Source: Lentisphaeria bacterium
GTDB taxonomy: Bacteria; Verrucomicrobiota; Lentisphaeria; Victivallales; Victivallaceae
Reading direction: 5' to 3'
Assembly: GCA_017505415.1 (NCBI GenBank)
Contig: JAFVPG010000384.1
Location: 1 to 50,052, forward strand
Length of the DNA: 50,052 bases
Both the position numbers and the translations under genes were made by a program. This document shows positions 1-8,119 of the stretch, piece by piece (within the stretch, counting starts at the first letter, position 1; every line of letters starts with the position of its first letter). The notes beneath the pieces are model-generated. The model was not told the DNA's origin. It made no database searches and worked only from the letters and a program-made list of their open reading frames with translations.

Positions 1-210
1 CGGAATGTTTGATTGCTCCTTCCATTTTTTTATGGAATGAGCAATCAAATCTTCCGCCGGATTAGCCACATTGGGGTATTGTCGCTCATTGCTATCGCAA
101 TTCACTATACCCCAAACCCCTCAATTTTTTCAAATTATCAATCAATGTTTAGTACAGAGCCTTTGAAAAAAAGTGAAGGAAACAGCTTTCTTTGAGCACT
201 TTCTTTCACT

Positions 211-255
211 TGGAAAGAAAAATATTATGAGAGGACAAGAGGTCTCTCATAATAT
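211..255 (-). terminator. Rho-independent terminator closing the minus-strand phage-like operon (possibly bidirectional)
   Basis: Perfect 12-bp inverted repeat atattatgagag (222-233) / ctctcataatat (244-255) with a 10-nt loop. On the minus strand the stem is followed by TTTTCTTT (RC of 211-221). It lies about 20 nt past the stop of the 276-539 gene. Confidence 0.6.
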
Positions 256-275
256 CTTTTTGGGAGGCTTATTTT

Positions 276-539
276 TTATTTCTCTGCTTTTTTGAATTCG
301 ACATCGTAGCCGGTAGTCTGTTTACCGACTTTGAATTTGTGCTTTGTTTCAGCTTTGCCGTCAAGTCCGATCTTTTCGCTGCTTTCGACTTCGACATTGT
401 CCTTGACGCAGTTGAAATCGCCGTAGCCGAATGCACCGTACGGTGTGGCAAGTCCGACACCTCTGACGTGGATGTTGTGTCCGCAGCCAGTCATTATAAA
501 TGCGGCAACTGCCGCCGTCAGAATGATTGATTTTTTCAT
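276..539 (-). CDS. Small lipoprotein, last gene of the phage-like cassette (o-spanin-like position)
   Basis: 87-aa ORF. The N-terminus MKKSIILTAAVAAFIMTGC is a signal peptide plus lipobox Cys. GGAG lies about 8 nt upstream of the ATG. ATGA start/stop overlap with the upstream gene at 536-539. Confidence 0.6.
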   Translation of the reverse strand: MKKSIILTAAVAAFIMTGCGHNIHVRGVGLATPYGAFGYGDFNCVKDNVEVESSEKIGLDGKAETKHKFKVGKQTTGYDVEFKKAEK

Positions 540-745
540 GCTGATTTCTCCATTTTGTTTTCAAGTTTTTTTATACGTTTTTCGTGTTCGGACATCATGA
601 TTTTGCAGAAGCGGTCTGGTACGTATTCCTTCAAATCTTTCCGCAAGGCCCGCAATTCGTAAATAATGATACCCAACAGAATTGACAATAAAATGCCAAT
701 CACACCTGCCATGACCGAGATTTCATTTGTCAATACTTCAGTCAT
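536..745 (-). CDS. Small single-pass membrane protein (holin-like or i-spanin-like)
   Basis: 69 aa read from the internal ATG at 745 of the 536-985 ORF. The longer form would overlap the 738-1160 gene. GGAGG lies 5 nt upstream. One N-terminal TM helix (VMAGVIGILLSILLGIIIY) is followed by a charged helical tail. Confidence 0.55.
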   Translation of the reverse strand: MTEVLTNEISVMAGVIGILLSILLGIIIYELRALRKDLKEYVPDRFCKIMMSEHEKRIKKLENKMEKSA

Positions 746-1160
746 TTTTACCTCCTTTTTTGTTATTGTTTTTATTTCCTGCCTCATTATAGGCTCGTAC
801 ACCGAAAGTTTCCAATATCCAGTAGAACTGTCGGACACGGCGGAAACCGATGTAGCGGCGCAAGTCGTACCATTTGAATCTTGCTCTGACTTCGATATTG
901 CCGTTGGTGAAAAAATGTCCGTTAGCTTTGTGAAAACCGATTTGCGCCTCAAACTCCGCATCGTGCAGAAATGCCGTTGCCTCAAGATATTTATAAATCC
1001 AGCTCAAGATTTTACGGTATTTTGTGGGCAGCCATTCCGGACCGATGCCGTTGCAAATGATACGGAGTTCATTATCGGTGAACTTTTCGAGAACTTCCAC
1101 GCCCTCAAACTTGAGAGCGTGGCACTTTTCACGCAGTTTTTTAACTTGCATTAAATTCAT
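738..1160 (-). CDS. Phage-associated hypothetical protein with NGIGPEW...LHDAEF motif pair
   Basis: 140-aa ORF with AAGGAG 5 nt upstream of the ATG. 8-nt overlap with the downstream membrane-protein gene. It sits where an endolysin would be expected, but I recognise no lysozyme or amidase motif. Confidence 0.55.
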   Translation of the reverse strand: MNLMQVKKLREKCHALKFEGVEVLEKFTDNELRIICNGIGPEWLPTKYRKILSWIYKYLEATAFLHDAEFEAQIGFHKANGHFFTNGNIEVRARFKWYDLRRYIGFRRVRQFYWILETFGVRAYNEAGNKNNNKKGGKND

Positions 1161-1180
1161 CTTGCTCCTTTCGGGAAATT

Positions 1181-1257
1181 AAGAATTAAAAATTAAGAAT
1201 GAAGAATTTAGGCGGCATTTTTCATTTTTAATTCTTCATTTTTCATTCTTCATTTTT
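1181..1257. repeat. AT-rich AAGAAT/ATTCTT repeat block forming a hairpin between the tail-fibre gene and the lysis-like genes
   Basis: aatgaagaatt (1198-1208) pairs with aattcttcatt (1230-1240). Tandem direct repeat attcttcattttt at 1231-1243 and 1245-1257. The second copy overlaps the stop codon of the tail-fibre gene. Confidence 0.5.
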
Positions 1258-3109
1258 ATACCTCATTCTTGTCACTGACTTTCGGCGCAGTTTCCGGAAC
1301 GGTTCTTTCAAGCTGCGGTCGAGCAATAACATGACGTACCCATGGAGAGGTGTTAGCCGCGGCATGACCGAAACGGTGATAATAAAATGCCGTCCCGTTG
1401 TTTGGCAATTTCACAACAACCTTGCAAAATCCATCTTCACTGACATTATCTCCCGTAACCAGTCCGGCAAAAACTCCACGCCTTAAATCAGTCCAGTTTT
1501 CCCCGTCATCACTGCCCTGCAAAAAGCAGTTGGTATTCCACTGCATATAATCATCACAATAAATACAAAGTTCTTTTATCAGAACTTTACGCTTTTTGTT
1601 CTGCCACTGCAGCCAGTCCCCATCTGCTCCTGTCGTACCGGCATTCCAAATTTTATGCATATCATCATCAAACGCTTGCCACGGATAACGATCGTCATAA
1701 TAAGCATGCGCCGAAACTTTCCACTCATCGTTTTCATCGGAAGTCATATTTCTCGGACATGACCACAGAGCATCTTCAGAAAAATCAATATTACCGATTT
1801 CCATTGTCGGCATTGCATCATAAATCCGACCTTGTACCGGCATATAATCACCATAAGTCAGTCTGGTTGTTTCAGATTCATAGTTCCATTTGCCGTTTTC
1901 GTCCTGATAAAGTTTGCAGCCTTCCCAGTATTTTTCAACCGGGTCAGGAACCGGCGGAGCGACTTTTGCACCTTCAAGCGTAACAGTGCTGCTGCCGTTG
2001 TAATGCTCCCATACAAGAGATTCATAACCATCAGAAGGTCCGTCGGTAGGATTCTCCCAATCGTAGTACGATTGAATATAACCCTTGGATATACGTCTGT
2101 AATCCTGACCGGGTACAACAACAAAGCCTGCACTGTCCGGATTTCCCATTATCGCACAGCCATCCTCTTTCAGCCAAATCATGGAACTTGTATACTGCGC
2201 ATCCGGATTGGTCAAAATGTATTCGCCATTGGGATTACGGGCTGCAACATCTTCGGGCAAATCCTGCGTGTTCCAGTCACTGTCAATATAAGTACCGCCG
2301 ACCCACGGAGTTTCAGGCATACCGGAAACAATGATTTTATCAAGGCTGAAATAGTTGCGATTGACATAAGAACAGATAAATTTGCCCTGCGGTTCAAGAT
2401 TTTTGTAAAGCCATGCCGCCTCAATCGTTGCGTCGCTGTTGTAAATATGACCGACCTGAACAATGCGGCTTTTATTAAACTGCATCATCGTTTCAACAGA
2501 AGTTTCATCAACGGCGTAACCGTCATCGGTCAGCACAATCTTCGCTCCGGTCCATGTGCGGATGCCTTCATATGCAGGGTAAACTGTACTTTTTTTGACT
2601 TCAATACTTGAATTGCCGTCCATGGCCGCCCAGCCTTCCAACAGCTCACAGGATTCAGCGACAATGCCTTCACTATTTTTCAATACCCATAACTGACGGG
2701 AAAAATCATAACTGATTTGATATGATACACTGGAATCTTTGCTTGACCACATTCTGTAAAACTCTGTCAAATACGGACTTACCTGAAATAAATCAAGCTG
2801 TAATTCCGTTCCTGCACCGCTGCCATCATTCAACGGTGTGTATATCCCTAATTCCAAATCAAAATATTCAGGGTAACTCTGTTCGTATTGAAACGATTTG
2901 CAGAGGAAGAAATCCGTATTAACACCGGTCGGAACATCGGGATCATCCGGAGTATCGGGAGTGTCAGGATCATCCGGCTCAGTGGAAGTACCAGCATTGA
3001 TGTTGTCGGCATATTGACTGAAAGGCAAATCGTCCGGCAGATTGAATTTAGTTTTTATAGCATTTTTGCTGTTCAAAATATTTTGCAGTTTATCAGCAGT
3101 AGTACCCAT
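1256..3109 (-). CDS. Phage tail fibre / receptor-binding protein with C-terminal discoidin (F5/8 type C, CBM32-like) domain
   Basis: Start placed at MGTTADKLQNILNSKNAIKTKF (ATG 3109, GGAGG upstream, 1 nt after the upstream stop). This is a typical tail-fibre N-terminal helix. A Pro/Asp-rich linker (PDDPDTPDTPDDPDVP) follows. The C-terminus WLQWQ...LQGSDDGENWTDL matches the discoidin-domain signature. Confidence 0.75.
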   Translation of the reverse strand: MGTTADKLQNILNSKNAIKTKFNLPDDLPFSQYADNINAGTSTEPDDPDTPDTPDDPDVPTGVNTDFFLCKSFQYEQSYPEYFDLELGIYTPLNDGSGAGTELQLDLFQVSPYLTEFYRMWSSKDSSVSYQISYDFSRQLWVLKNSEGIVAESCELLEGWAAMDGNSSIEVKKSTVYPAYEGIRTWTGAKIVLTDDGYAVDETSVETMMQFNKSRIVQVGHIYNSDATIEAAWLYKNLEPQGKFICSYVNRNYFSLDKIIVSGMPETPWVGGTYIDSDWNTQDLPEDVAARNPNGEYILTNPDAQYTSSMIWLKEDGCAIMGNPDSAGFVVVPGQDYRRISKGYIQSYYDWENPTDGPSDGYESLVWEHYNGSSTVTLEGAKVAPPVPDPVEKYWEGCKLYQDENGKWNYESETTRLTYGDYMPVQGRIYDAMPTMEIGNIDFSEDALWSCPRNMTSDENDEWKVSAHAYYDDRYPWQAFDDDMHKIWNAGTTGADGDWLQWQNKKRKVLIKELCIYCDDYMQWNTNCFLQGSDDGENWTDLRRGVFAGLVTGDNVSEDGFCKVVVKLPNNGTAFYYHRFGHAAANTSPWVRHVIARPQLERTVPETAPKVSDKNEV

Positions 3110-3110
3110 A

Positions 3111-3359
3111 TCAAACCTCCTCCCCGTTGATTTCATCCAGAATCGAATTGATGTCACCGATTGCTGTATCAAATTCATCCTGTGTGACAAAATCGCCGTC
3201 AGGTGCAGTTTCTCCGGTGTTTATTGTAATATCGCCGGAAAGCTCCACACCGTTTATAGTCGGTTTATCTGTCAAATCATTGTATGACCCGCTGAATGAA
3301 TTTTCAACAGGTTTCAAATTATCGACATACTCTCTGGTAGCAATTACCTCTGTATCCAC
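3111..3359 (-). CDS. Tail-fibre segment (SGSYNDLTDKPT motif), either a separate GTG-start gene or the frameshifted C-terminus of the upstream gene
   Basis: 82-aa ORF containing SGSYNDLTDKPTINGVEL, a motif common in phage tail fibres. GTG start with no Shine-Dalgarno. Its frame stays open 22 codons upstream into the preceding gene. Confidence 0.5.
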   Translation of the reverse strand: MDTEVIATREYVDNLKPVENSFSGSYNDLTDKPTINGVELSGDITINTGETAPDGDFVTQDEFDTAIGDINSILDEINGEEV

Positions 3360-4009
3360 AGAGACAATATTATCGCTGATATTATTCCGCTGCCGCCGGA
3401 GTAAACTACAGAGGGGACAATTTCCAAATCAGTGATTTCTGCCATTTTATGAGTATGCTGCAGCGGCGCTTTAGCTCCGAGCAGAACCTGCAATTCTTCT
3501 TTTGTCATTATCTCCGCTTCAGGAATGTCTTCAAATTCAATCTCTTCACACGGACGGTTTTCTGCAATAAAATTATCTTTGGCAAGTACAACTGTTGAAA
3601 GAGTATCAACAGATTTTGCCAGAATGACGAAAACTCCCTTAAGAGACTTTGCACGTTTCATGGCTTCAGAGAAACGGACAGTATTACTTTTAATACGGAA
3701 AGCAAGAATACCATTCTCCAGGTCGCTTTCTTCAGGGATATATGCTGAAGCAAACATTATTTCTGTATCACCGTCATAATCTGAATCTCCAATGATCCGG
3801 TAAGCAAGATTTGCTGATAATTTTTTCGGCTTCAAAGTGATAACATTATTTTCTTCATGAACTTCATTAAACGATGCAAAAAACATCACTTCATCCGCCA
3901 ATATAAGTTTCGGCAGATAATCATCACGGGAAATCCTCACACCGTCAGCTGTTATCAATGTACCTTCGGCGCAATCAATATATGTTGAAATTTCACGAAA
4001 CTGCATCAT
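3344..4009 (-). CDS. Phage tail / baseplate-associated fibre protein
   Basis: 221-aa ORF with GGAG 5 nt upstream of the ATG. The C-terminal APLQHTHKMAEITDL resembles the HxH...ITDL motifs of tail-fibre shafts. First gene of the minus-strand cassette. Confidence 0.6.
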   Translation of the reverse strand: MMQFREISTYIDCAEGTLITADGVRISRDDYLPKLILADEVMFFASFNEVHEENNVITLKPKKLSANLAYRIIGDSDYDGDTEIMFASAYIPEESDLENGILAFRIKSNTVRFSEAMKRAKSLKGVFVILAKSVDTLSTVVLAKDNFIAENRPCEEIEFEDIPEAEIMTKEELQVLLGAKAPLQHTHKMAEITDLEIVPSVVYSGGSGIISAIILSLWIQR

Positions 4010-4033
4010 TAAAACTCCTTTCTTTTTGAAAAT

Positions 4034-4068
4034 GATTCAGTTGCAAACCCCGAAAAAAGATTCAGTTG
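4034..4068. promoter_or_regulatory. Direct repeat GATTCAGTTG x2 in the divergent promoter region (candidate operator)
   Basis: Identical 10-mers at 4034-4043 and 4059-4068, 25 bp centre to centre. They lie between the start of the phage-like operon (4009, minus) and nif3 (4147, plus). Confidence 0.3.
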
Positions 4069-4146
4069 TCAACTTTTTGCATCTTGCGGCTTGCTTTTTT
4101 CAAGAAAAGAGTTACATTTGTAATACGTAATATGGAGAGAAAAAAT

Positions 4147-4908
4147 ATGAAACTTGAAAAAATAGTAAAATATCTTGATACAGAATTGAAACTTGCGGAT
4201 TTTCCCAGTGATGTTTCAAATAATGGATTGCAGATCGAAGCCTGTACTGAAGTCAATAAAATCCTGTTCGGAGTTGACGGCTGTCTGGAACTTTTTGAAA
4301 TCGCAGCTGAACAGAAAGCCGACCTTGTCATTGTTCACCACGGCATCAGCTGGGGCGGCAATCCGAAACGTTTCAGCGGATATGTCGGCAAACGGCTGAA
4401 TCTGATGTTTCAGAACAATATCTCGCTGTATGCGGCACATCTGCCGCTCGATGCACATGCTGAACTCGGCAATAATGCTCAACTCTGCAAAATACTCGGC
4501 CTTGAACATCTGAATAAATTTTTTGAATATGCAGGTGTAAAAATCGGTTATATTGGTGATTTACCGCATAAAATGTTGTTAAAAGACATCGCCGCCATTT
4601 TTGAAGACCGGCTTGACACCAAAGGCAAACTTCACGGTGATAATGATTCGCTGATCAAAAAAATCGCTGTCGTTTCCGGCGGCGGCGGCATGGAAAGTCT
4701 GGAACAGGCAGCAGCAGCAGACGCAGATTTGCTGATAACCGGTGAATTCTGCCATGAAATGTATCACTTGCAGCAGGAACTCAATATTCCAGTACTTTCA
4801 CTCGGACATTACGCCAGTGAAACTGTCGGAGTAAAAGCCGTGATGAATGATTTGAATGAAAAATTCGGTATTTCCGTTGATTTTGCCGATATTCCAACCG
4901 GATTGTGA
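4147..4908 (+). CDS. Nif3-like dinuclear metal-centre protein (GTP cyclohydrolase 1 type 2 homolog, YbgI family)
   Basis: Start moved to MKLEKIVKYLD (GGAGAG upstream). Motifs NGLQIE, VIVHHGISWGG, LYAAHLPLDAH.ELGNNA and LGHYASETVG. Confidence 0.85.
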   Translation: MKLEKIVKYLDTELKLADFPSDVSNNGLQIEACTEVNKILFGVDGCLELFEIAAEQKADLVIVHHGISWGGNPKRFSGYVGKRLNLMFQNNISLYAAHLPLDAHAELGNNAQLCKILGLEHLNKFFEYAGVKIGYIGDLPHKMLLKDIAAIFEDRLDTKGKLHGDNDSLIKKIAVVSGGGGMESLEQAAAADADLLITGEFCHEMYHLQQELNIPVLSLGHYASETVGVKAVMNDLNEKFGISVDFADIPTGL

Positions 4909-4911
4909 AAA

Positions 4912-6033
4912 ATGAAAATAGTTGCAGACGACAAAATCCCTTTTTTGCGTGGAGTATTTGAACCATACAATATCCATGTTGTATACAAAAAGGGTGCAGA
5001 CATAAATAATTCCGACCTGACAGATGCCGATGCTCTGATCGTCAGAACACGTACAAAATGCAATTATGAACTGCTGAAAAATACTGCCGTCAAAGTAGTT
5101 GCCAGTGCAACTATAGGTACTGATCATGTCAATATTGCCGAACTTGAAAAAATGAATATCGCTTTTTTCAGTGCGCCCGGCTGCAATGCAATGTCAGTAC
5201 AGCAATATATTGTTTGCGCACTGCTCCGTCTGGCAGAAAAATACAACATTCCGTTACAGCAGAAAACTATCGGAATCATAGGCGCAGGTCATGTCGGGTC
5301 AGCAGTGGAAACTGCATGCAGAAATATGAATATGCAAGTTCTGCTCAATGATCCTCCCCGCGCTGCCGCTGAAGGTGAAGACAAATTTACAACGCTTGAA
5401 GAGTTGTTGAAAAAATCTGATTTCGTCACCATGCATGTACCGCTCGATGAATCAACAAAATATCTGGCAAATCAAAAATTCTTTGACCTGATGAAAAAAG
5501 ATGCTTTTTTCATAAACAGTTCAAGAGGAAAAGTTTGCAATAACAGCGTTCTTAAAAATGTTCTGCTCAAAAAGCAAATTGCAGGAGCTGTCCTTGATGT
5601 ATGGGAAAATGAACCCGATATTGATACTGAACTGCAAAAACTGCTTGAACTCGGCACCATGCATATTGCCGGATATTCCGCCGACGGCAAAGCAAACGGA
5701 ACTTCCATCAGCGTAAGAAATATAGCAAAAATATTAAATATAAAAGAGTTACAGAATTTTGAAGTTAAATCTCTGCCTGCACTGTGCGATGAAACTTTAC
5801 AAATCAATTCCTCATCCCCGCAGGATGCTTTGATTACTGCGGCAAAAAAAGCATACGATATTCAAGCCGACAGTGATAATTTATCAGCCCGACCTGAAAA
5901 TTTTGAAAAACTCAGAGGTGATTATCCCTGCCGCCGTGAATTTCATGCATGGACAGCAGACGGTTCAAATCTGACAGATGAAGCAATCAGTTTATTAAAA
6001 AAAATGAACTTCAATATAAAAGGAAATAAATGA
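4912..6033 (+). CDS. pdxB: 4-phosphoerythronate dehydrogenase
   Basis: 373 aa, collinear with E. coli PdxB as I recall it. Matches include MKIVADDKIPF, DADALIVRTRTK, GTDHV, GIIGAGHVG, HIAGYS and the PdxB-specific C-terminal FEKLRGDYPCRREF. Confidence 0.85.
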   Translation: MKIVADDKIPFLRGVFEPYNIHVVYKKGADINNSDLTDADALIVRTRTKCNYELLKNTAVKVVASATIGTDHVNIAELEKMNIAFFSAPGCNAMSVQQYIVCALLRLAEKYNIPLQQKTIGIIGAGHVGSAVETACRNMNMQVLLNDPPRAAAEGEDKFTTLEELLKKSDFVTMHVPLDESTKYLANQKFFDLMKKDAFFINSSRGKVCNNSVLKNVLLKKQIAGAVLDVWENEPDIDTELQKLLELGTMHIAGYSADGKANGTSISVRNIAKILNIKELQNFEVKSLPALCDETLQINSSSPQDALITAAKKAYDIQADSDNLSARPENFEKLRGDYPCRREFHAWTADGSNLTDEAISLLKKMNFNIKGNK

Positions 6034-6464
6034 TGAAAAAAATAATTCTTCTGATTTTTTTTGCGCTTGCCAATCTTTTTTTATGCGGATGCGGTGAATA
6101 CATCATAATCAATGGGGTCTCTTATCGTGTGCTGAGTGAGGACGAAGAAAGAGCAATGCTCTCTTTTGCCCGTATGACACTGCTCAATTCAGGAGAAAAG
6201 ATGACTGCTCAACAGAAAAATTTTATCCGCACCCAAACCCCGAAAATACGAATTTCATATACCGGAGACAAAAGCGGCAGGGCATCATACGAATGGATTT
6301 TCAATGATGAAATACTTTTCCGTTTGAACTGCGATGGTGAATTTTTGACTGATTCAATGGCAGTTAATGCCCGCAAAGTCAATCTGGTCGAAAATTTGAA
6401 AAAAGGTGAAAAATCAAATCTGGAAAAACTTACTCTCAAGGAGATGGATTTTGATAAAAAATAA
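6030..6464 (+). CDS. Hypothetical lipoprotein
   Basis: 144 aa with signal peptide and lipobox (LANLFLCGCG). ATGA-type overlap with the pdxB stop. Confidence 0.6.
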   Translation: MMKKIILLIFFALANLFLCGCGEYIIINGVSYRVLSEDEERAMLSFARMTLLNSGEKMTAQQKNFIRTQTPKIRISYTGDKSGRASYEWIFNDEILFRLNCDGEFLTDSMAVNARKVNLVENLKKGEKSNLEKLTLKEMDFDKK

Positions 6465-7140
6465 AATTACTCAAAAAGAAGTTCATGCTTTATCGGCAGT
6501 TCTTCTATGTCTGATTTTTTTCATCATCATACCGTTCATACTGGTACATTTTCTGCCTGCGTCAGCAGATTGGCTGAGAAAACAGAATCTGTTACTGATG
6601 TCTCCGGCAATAATAATAGGATTGCTTCTTAATTTCATCACCGGAGAAACATTACTGAAAAAAAGCGACTTCATAAATATTCCATTCGGCAGAATATCAC
6701 TTTGGAGTATCGGTATGATTTTTCTCTGCGGTGCGGCATCACTGGTCTGGATCAAACTGCTTGAAATTCTGCAGATAGATTACAGCAAAGAAGTTCCGAT
6801 CAATGACATGATACGTTCATGTGCAGATACGGAACTTATTTTTGCAGGAATATTTATATGTATTCTGATACCGGTCTTTGAGGAGATAATATTCCGCAGA
6901 ATAATATTTGAAGGTATCAATGACCGCTGTCCTCCGGCATTCAGCACAGCAGTCACTTCACTGCTTTTTGCGGCATTGCACGGAATATTATTCCAGTTGT
7001 TTCCGCTTTTGCTGCTCGGAGTATATTTTCAACTTCTGTACAACAAAGAACGGAAACTTGGCTTATCAATATATGCTCATGTATTCAACAACACCATAGC
7101 CTTCTCTGCATTGCTGCTGTTGAGATATATGCCGGTATAA
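6451..7140 (+). CDS. CPBP family intramembrane glutamic endopeptidase (CAAX protease-like)
   Basis: Multi-pass membrane protein with EEIIFRRIIFEG, FAALH and HVFNN motifs. Start uncertain. TTG 6451 has AAGGAG (6438-6443) 7 nt upstream. The ATG at 6406 would overlap the upstream gene by 59 nt. Confidence 0.75.
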   Translation: MIKNKITQKEVHALSAVLLCLIFFIIIPFILVHFLPASADWLRKQNLLLMSPAIIIGLLLNFITGETLLKKSDFINIPFGRISLWSIGMIFLCGAASLVWIKLLEILQIDYSKEVPINDMIRSCADTELIFAGIFICILIPVFEEIIFRRIIFEGINDRCPPAFSTAVTSLLFAALHGILFQLFPLLLLGVYFQLLYNKERKLGLSIYAHVFNNTIAFSALLLLRYMPV

Positions 7141-7153
7141 AAATCATACCGGC
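7131..7153. terminator. Hairpin between convergent CPBP and pyrF genes
   Basis: Perfect 8-bp stem gccggtat (7131-7138) / ataccggc (7146-7153) with a 7-nt loop. There is no clear U-tract on either strand, so function is uncertain. Confidence 0.35.
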
Positions 7154-7161
7154 AGTACAAT

Positions 7162-7974
7162 TCAACGGTAGCTGTTGATAAGATCTTTGAGTTCTTTTGC
7201 CGCAGCGGCAGCTTTTTCGGCGAAGTCTTCGCCTTTTGAAGCATAAATAATACCGCGTGATGAGTTGATTATGAGACCTGTTTTATCAGCAGTTGCGCCA
7301 TTGGCAATAACTTTCTGGACGTCACCGCCCTGTGCGCCGACACCGGGAACAAGGAACGGCAATTCAGGACAGAGAGTACGGATTTTCTTCAATTCTTCCG
7401 GATAAGTAGCTCCGATGACGAGAGCTGCATTTTTGTTGTAGTTCCAGCGGTCACGGACAAGCATTGCCACATGCTCATAAAGCATATAACCGTCAGAAAC
7501 AAGATTCTGCAAGTCTCCGGAATTCGGATTTGAGGTGCGGCAGAGAATAATAACACCTTTGTCAGCGTGATCAAGGAAAGGCTTGAGTGTATCAAAACCC
7601 ATATAAGGATTAACTGTGACAGCATCAGCATGATAACGTTCAAAAGCTTCTTTGGCATACATTTCTGCAGTTGAACCGATGTCGCCGCGTTTGACGTCGA
7701 GGATAACAGGCACTTCAGGAGCAGTTTCAGCCAGATAATCCATAGTCATCTGCAAATCTGCATCACGATCCTGACCGGCATAGTATGCCGCCTGCGGTTT
7801 ATAAGCACAAACCTGATCTTTGGTAGCATCAATAATAGCTTTATTGAAAGCGAAAAGCGGATATTTCTCACCTTTTACACATTCCGGCAATTTGTTGAAG
7901 TCAGGATCAAGACCGACACAAACGAGAGAATTATTTTTTGCCCATGCCTTAGCAATTTTTTCATAAAATGTCAT
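7162..7974 (-). CDS. pyrF: Orotidine 5'-phosphate decarboxylase, type 2
   Basis: 270 aa. Motifs VCVGLDPD, ILDVKRGDIGSTA, VNPYMGFD, LCRTSNP and VPGVGAQGG. AAGGAG lies 6 nt upstream. Confidence 0.9.
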   Translation of the reverse strand: MTFYEKIAKAWAKNNSLVCVGLDPDFNKLPECVKGEKYPLFAFNKAIIDATKDQVCAYKPQAAYYAGQDRDADLQMTMDYLAETAPEVPVILDVKRGDIGSTAEMYAKEAFERYHADAVTVNPYMGFDTLKPFLDHADKGVIILCRTSNPNSGDLQNLVSDGYMLYEHVAMLVRDRWNYNKNAALVIGATYPEELKKIRTLCPELPFLVPGVGAQGGDVQKVIANGATADKTGLIINSSRGIIYASKGEDFAEKAAAAAKELKDLINSYR

Positions 7975-8119
7975 AATGAACTCCTTGTTTTACATATTTT
8001 TCCAAACAATAATAAAATACATTCTTTTTTATATTTTTCAATAGCAAAAGCAAAAAAATGAATTATATTATATAAGAATAAAAAATTTAACAGAATTTTC
8101 AAAAAAATAAGGTTATAAT

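Noticed and set aside
13-195. 60-aa plus-strand ORF at the left edge
   Set aside because: No RBS or motif. It lies at the window edge next to a bidirectional terminator, so there is too little evidence to call it.
1256-1500. Diversity-generating retroelement target at the 3' end of the tail-fibre gene
   Set aside because: No reverse transcriptase gene and no nearby template-repeat copy of the 3' region are visible in the window.
1832-2611. 259-aa plus-strand ORF inside the tail-fibre gene
   Set aside because: Antisense to the 617-aa fibre gene, which has a strong RBS and domain signatures. The plus-strand product is low complexity.
4066-4146. N-terminal extensions of track ORFs (4066 for nif3, 3190 for the fibre gene, 15839 for murG, 27035 for metW, 37816 for the SEDS gene, 985 for the small TM protein, 10668 for the 335-aa ORF, 14643 for the LamG gene, 18311 for rnfD)
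   Set aside because: In each case an internal start has a proper Shine-Dalgarno, removes the overlap with the upstream gene, or matches the conserved family N-terminus. The extensions look like read-through of upstream sequence.
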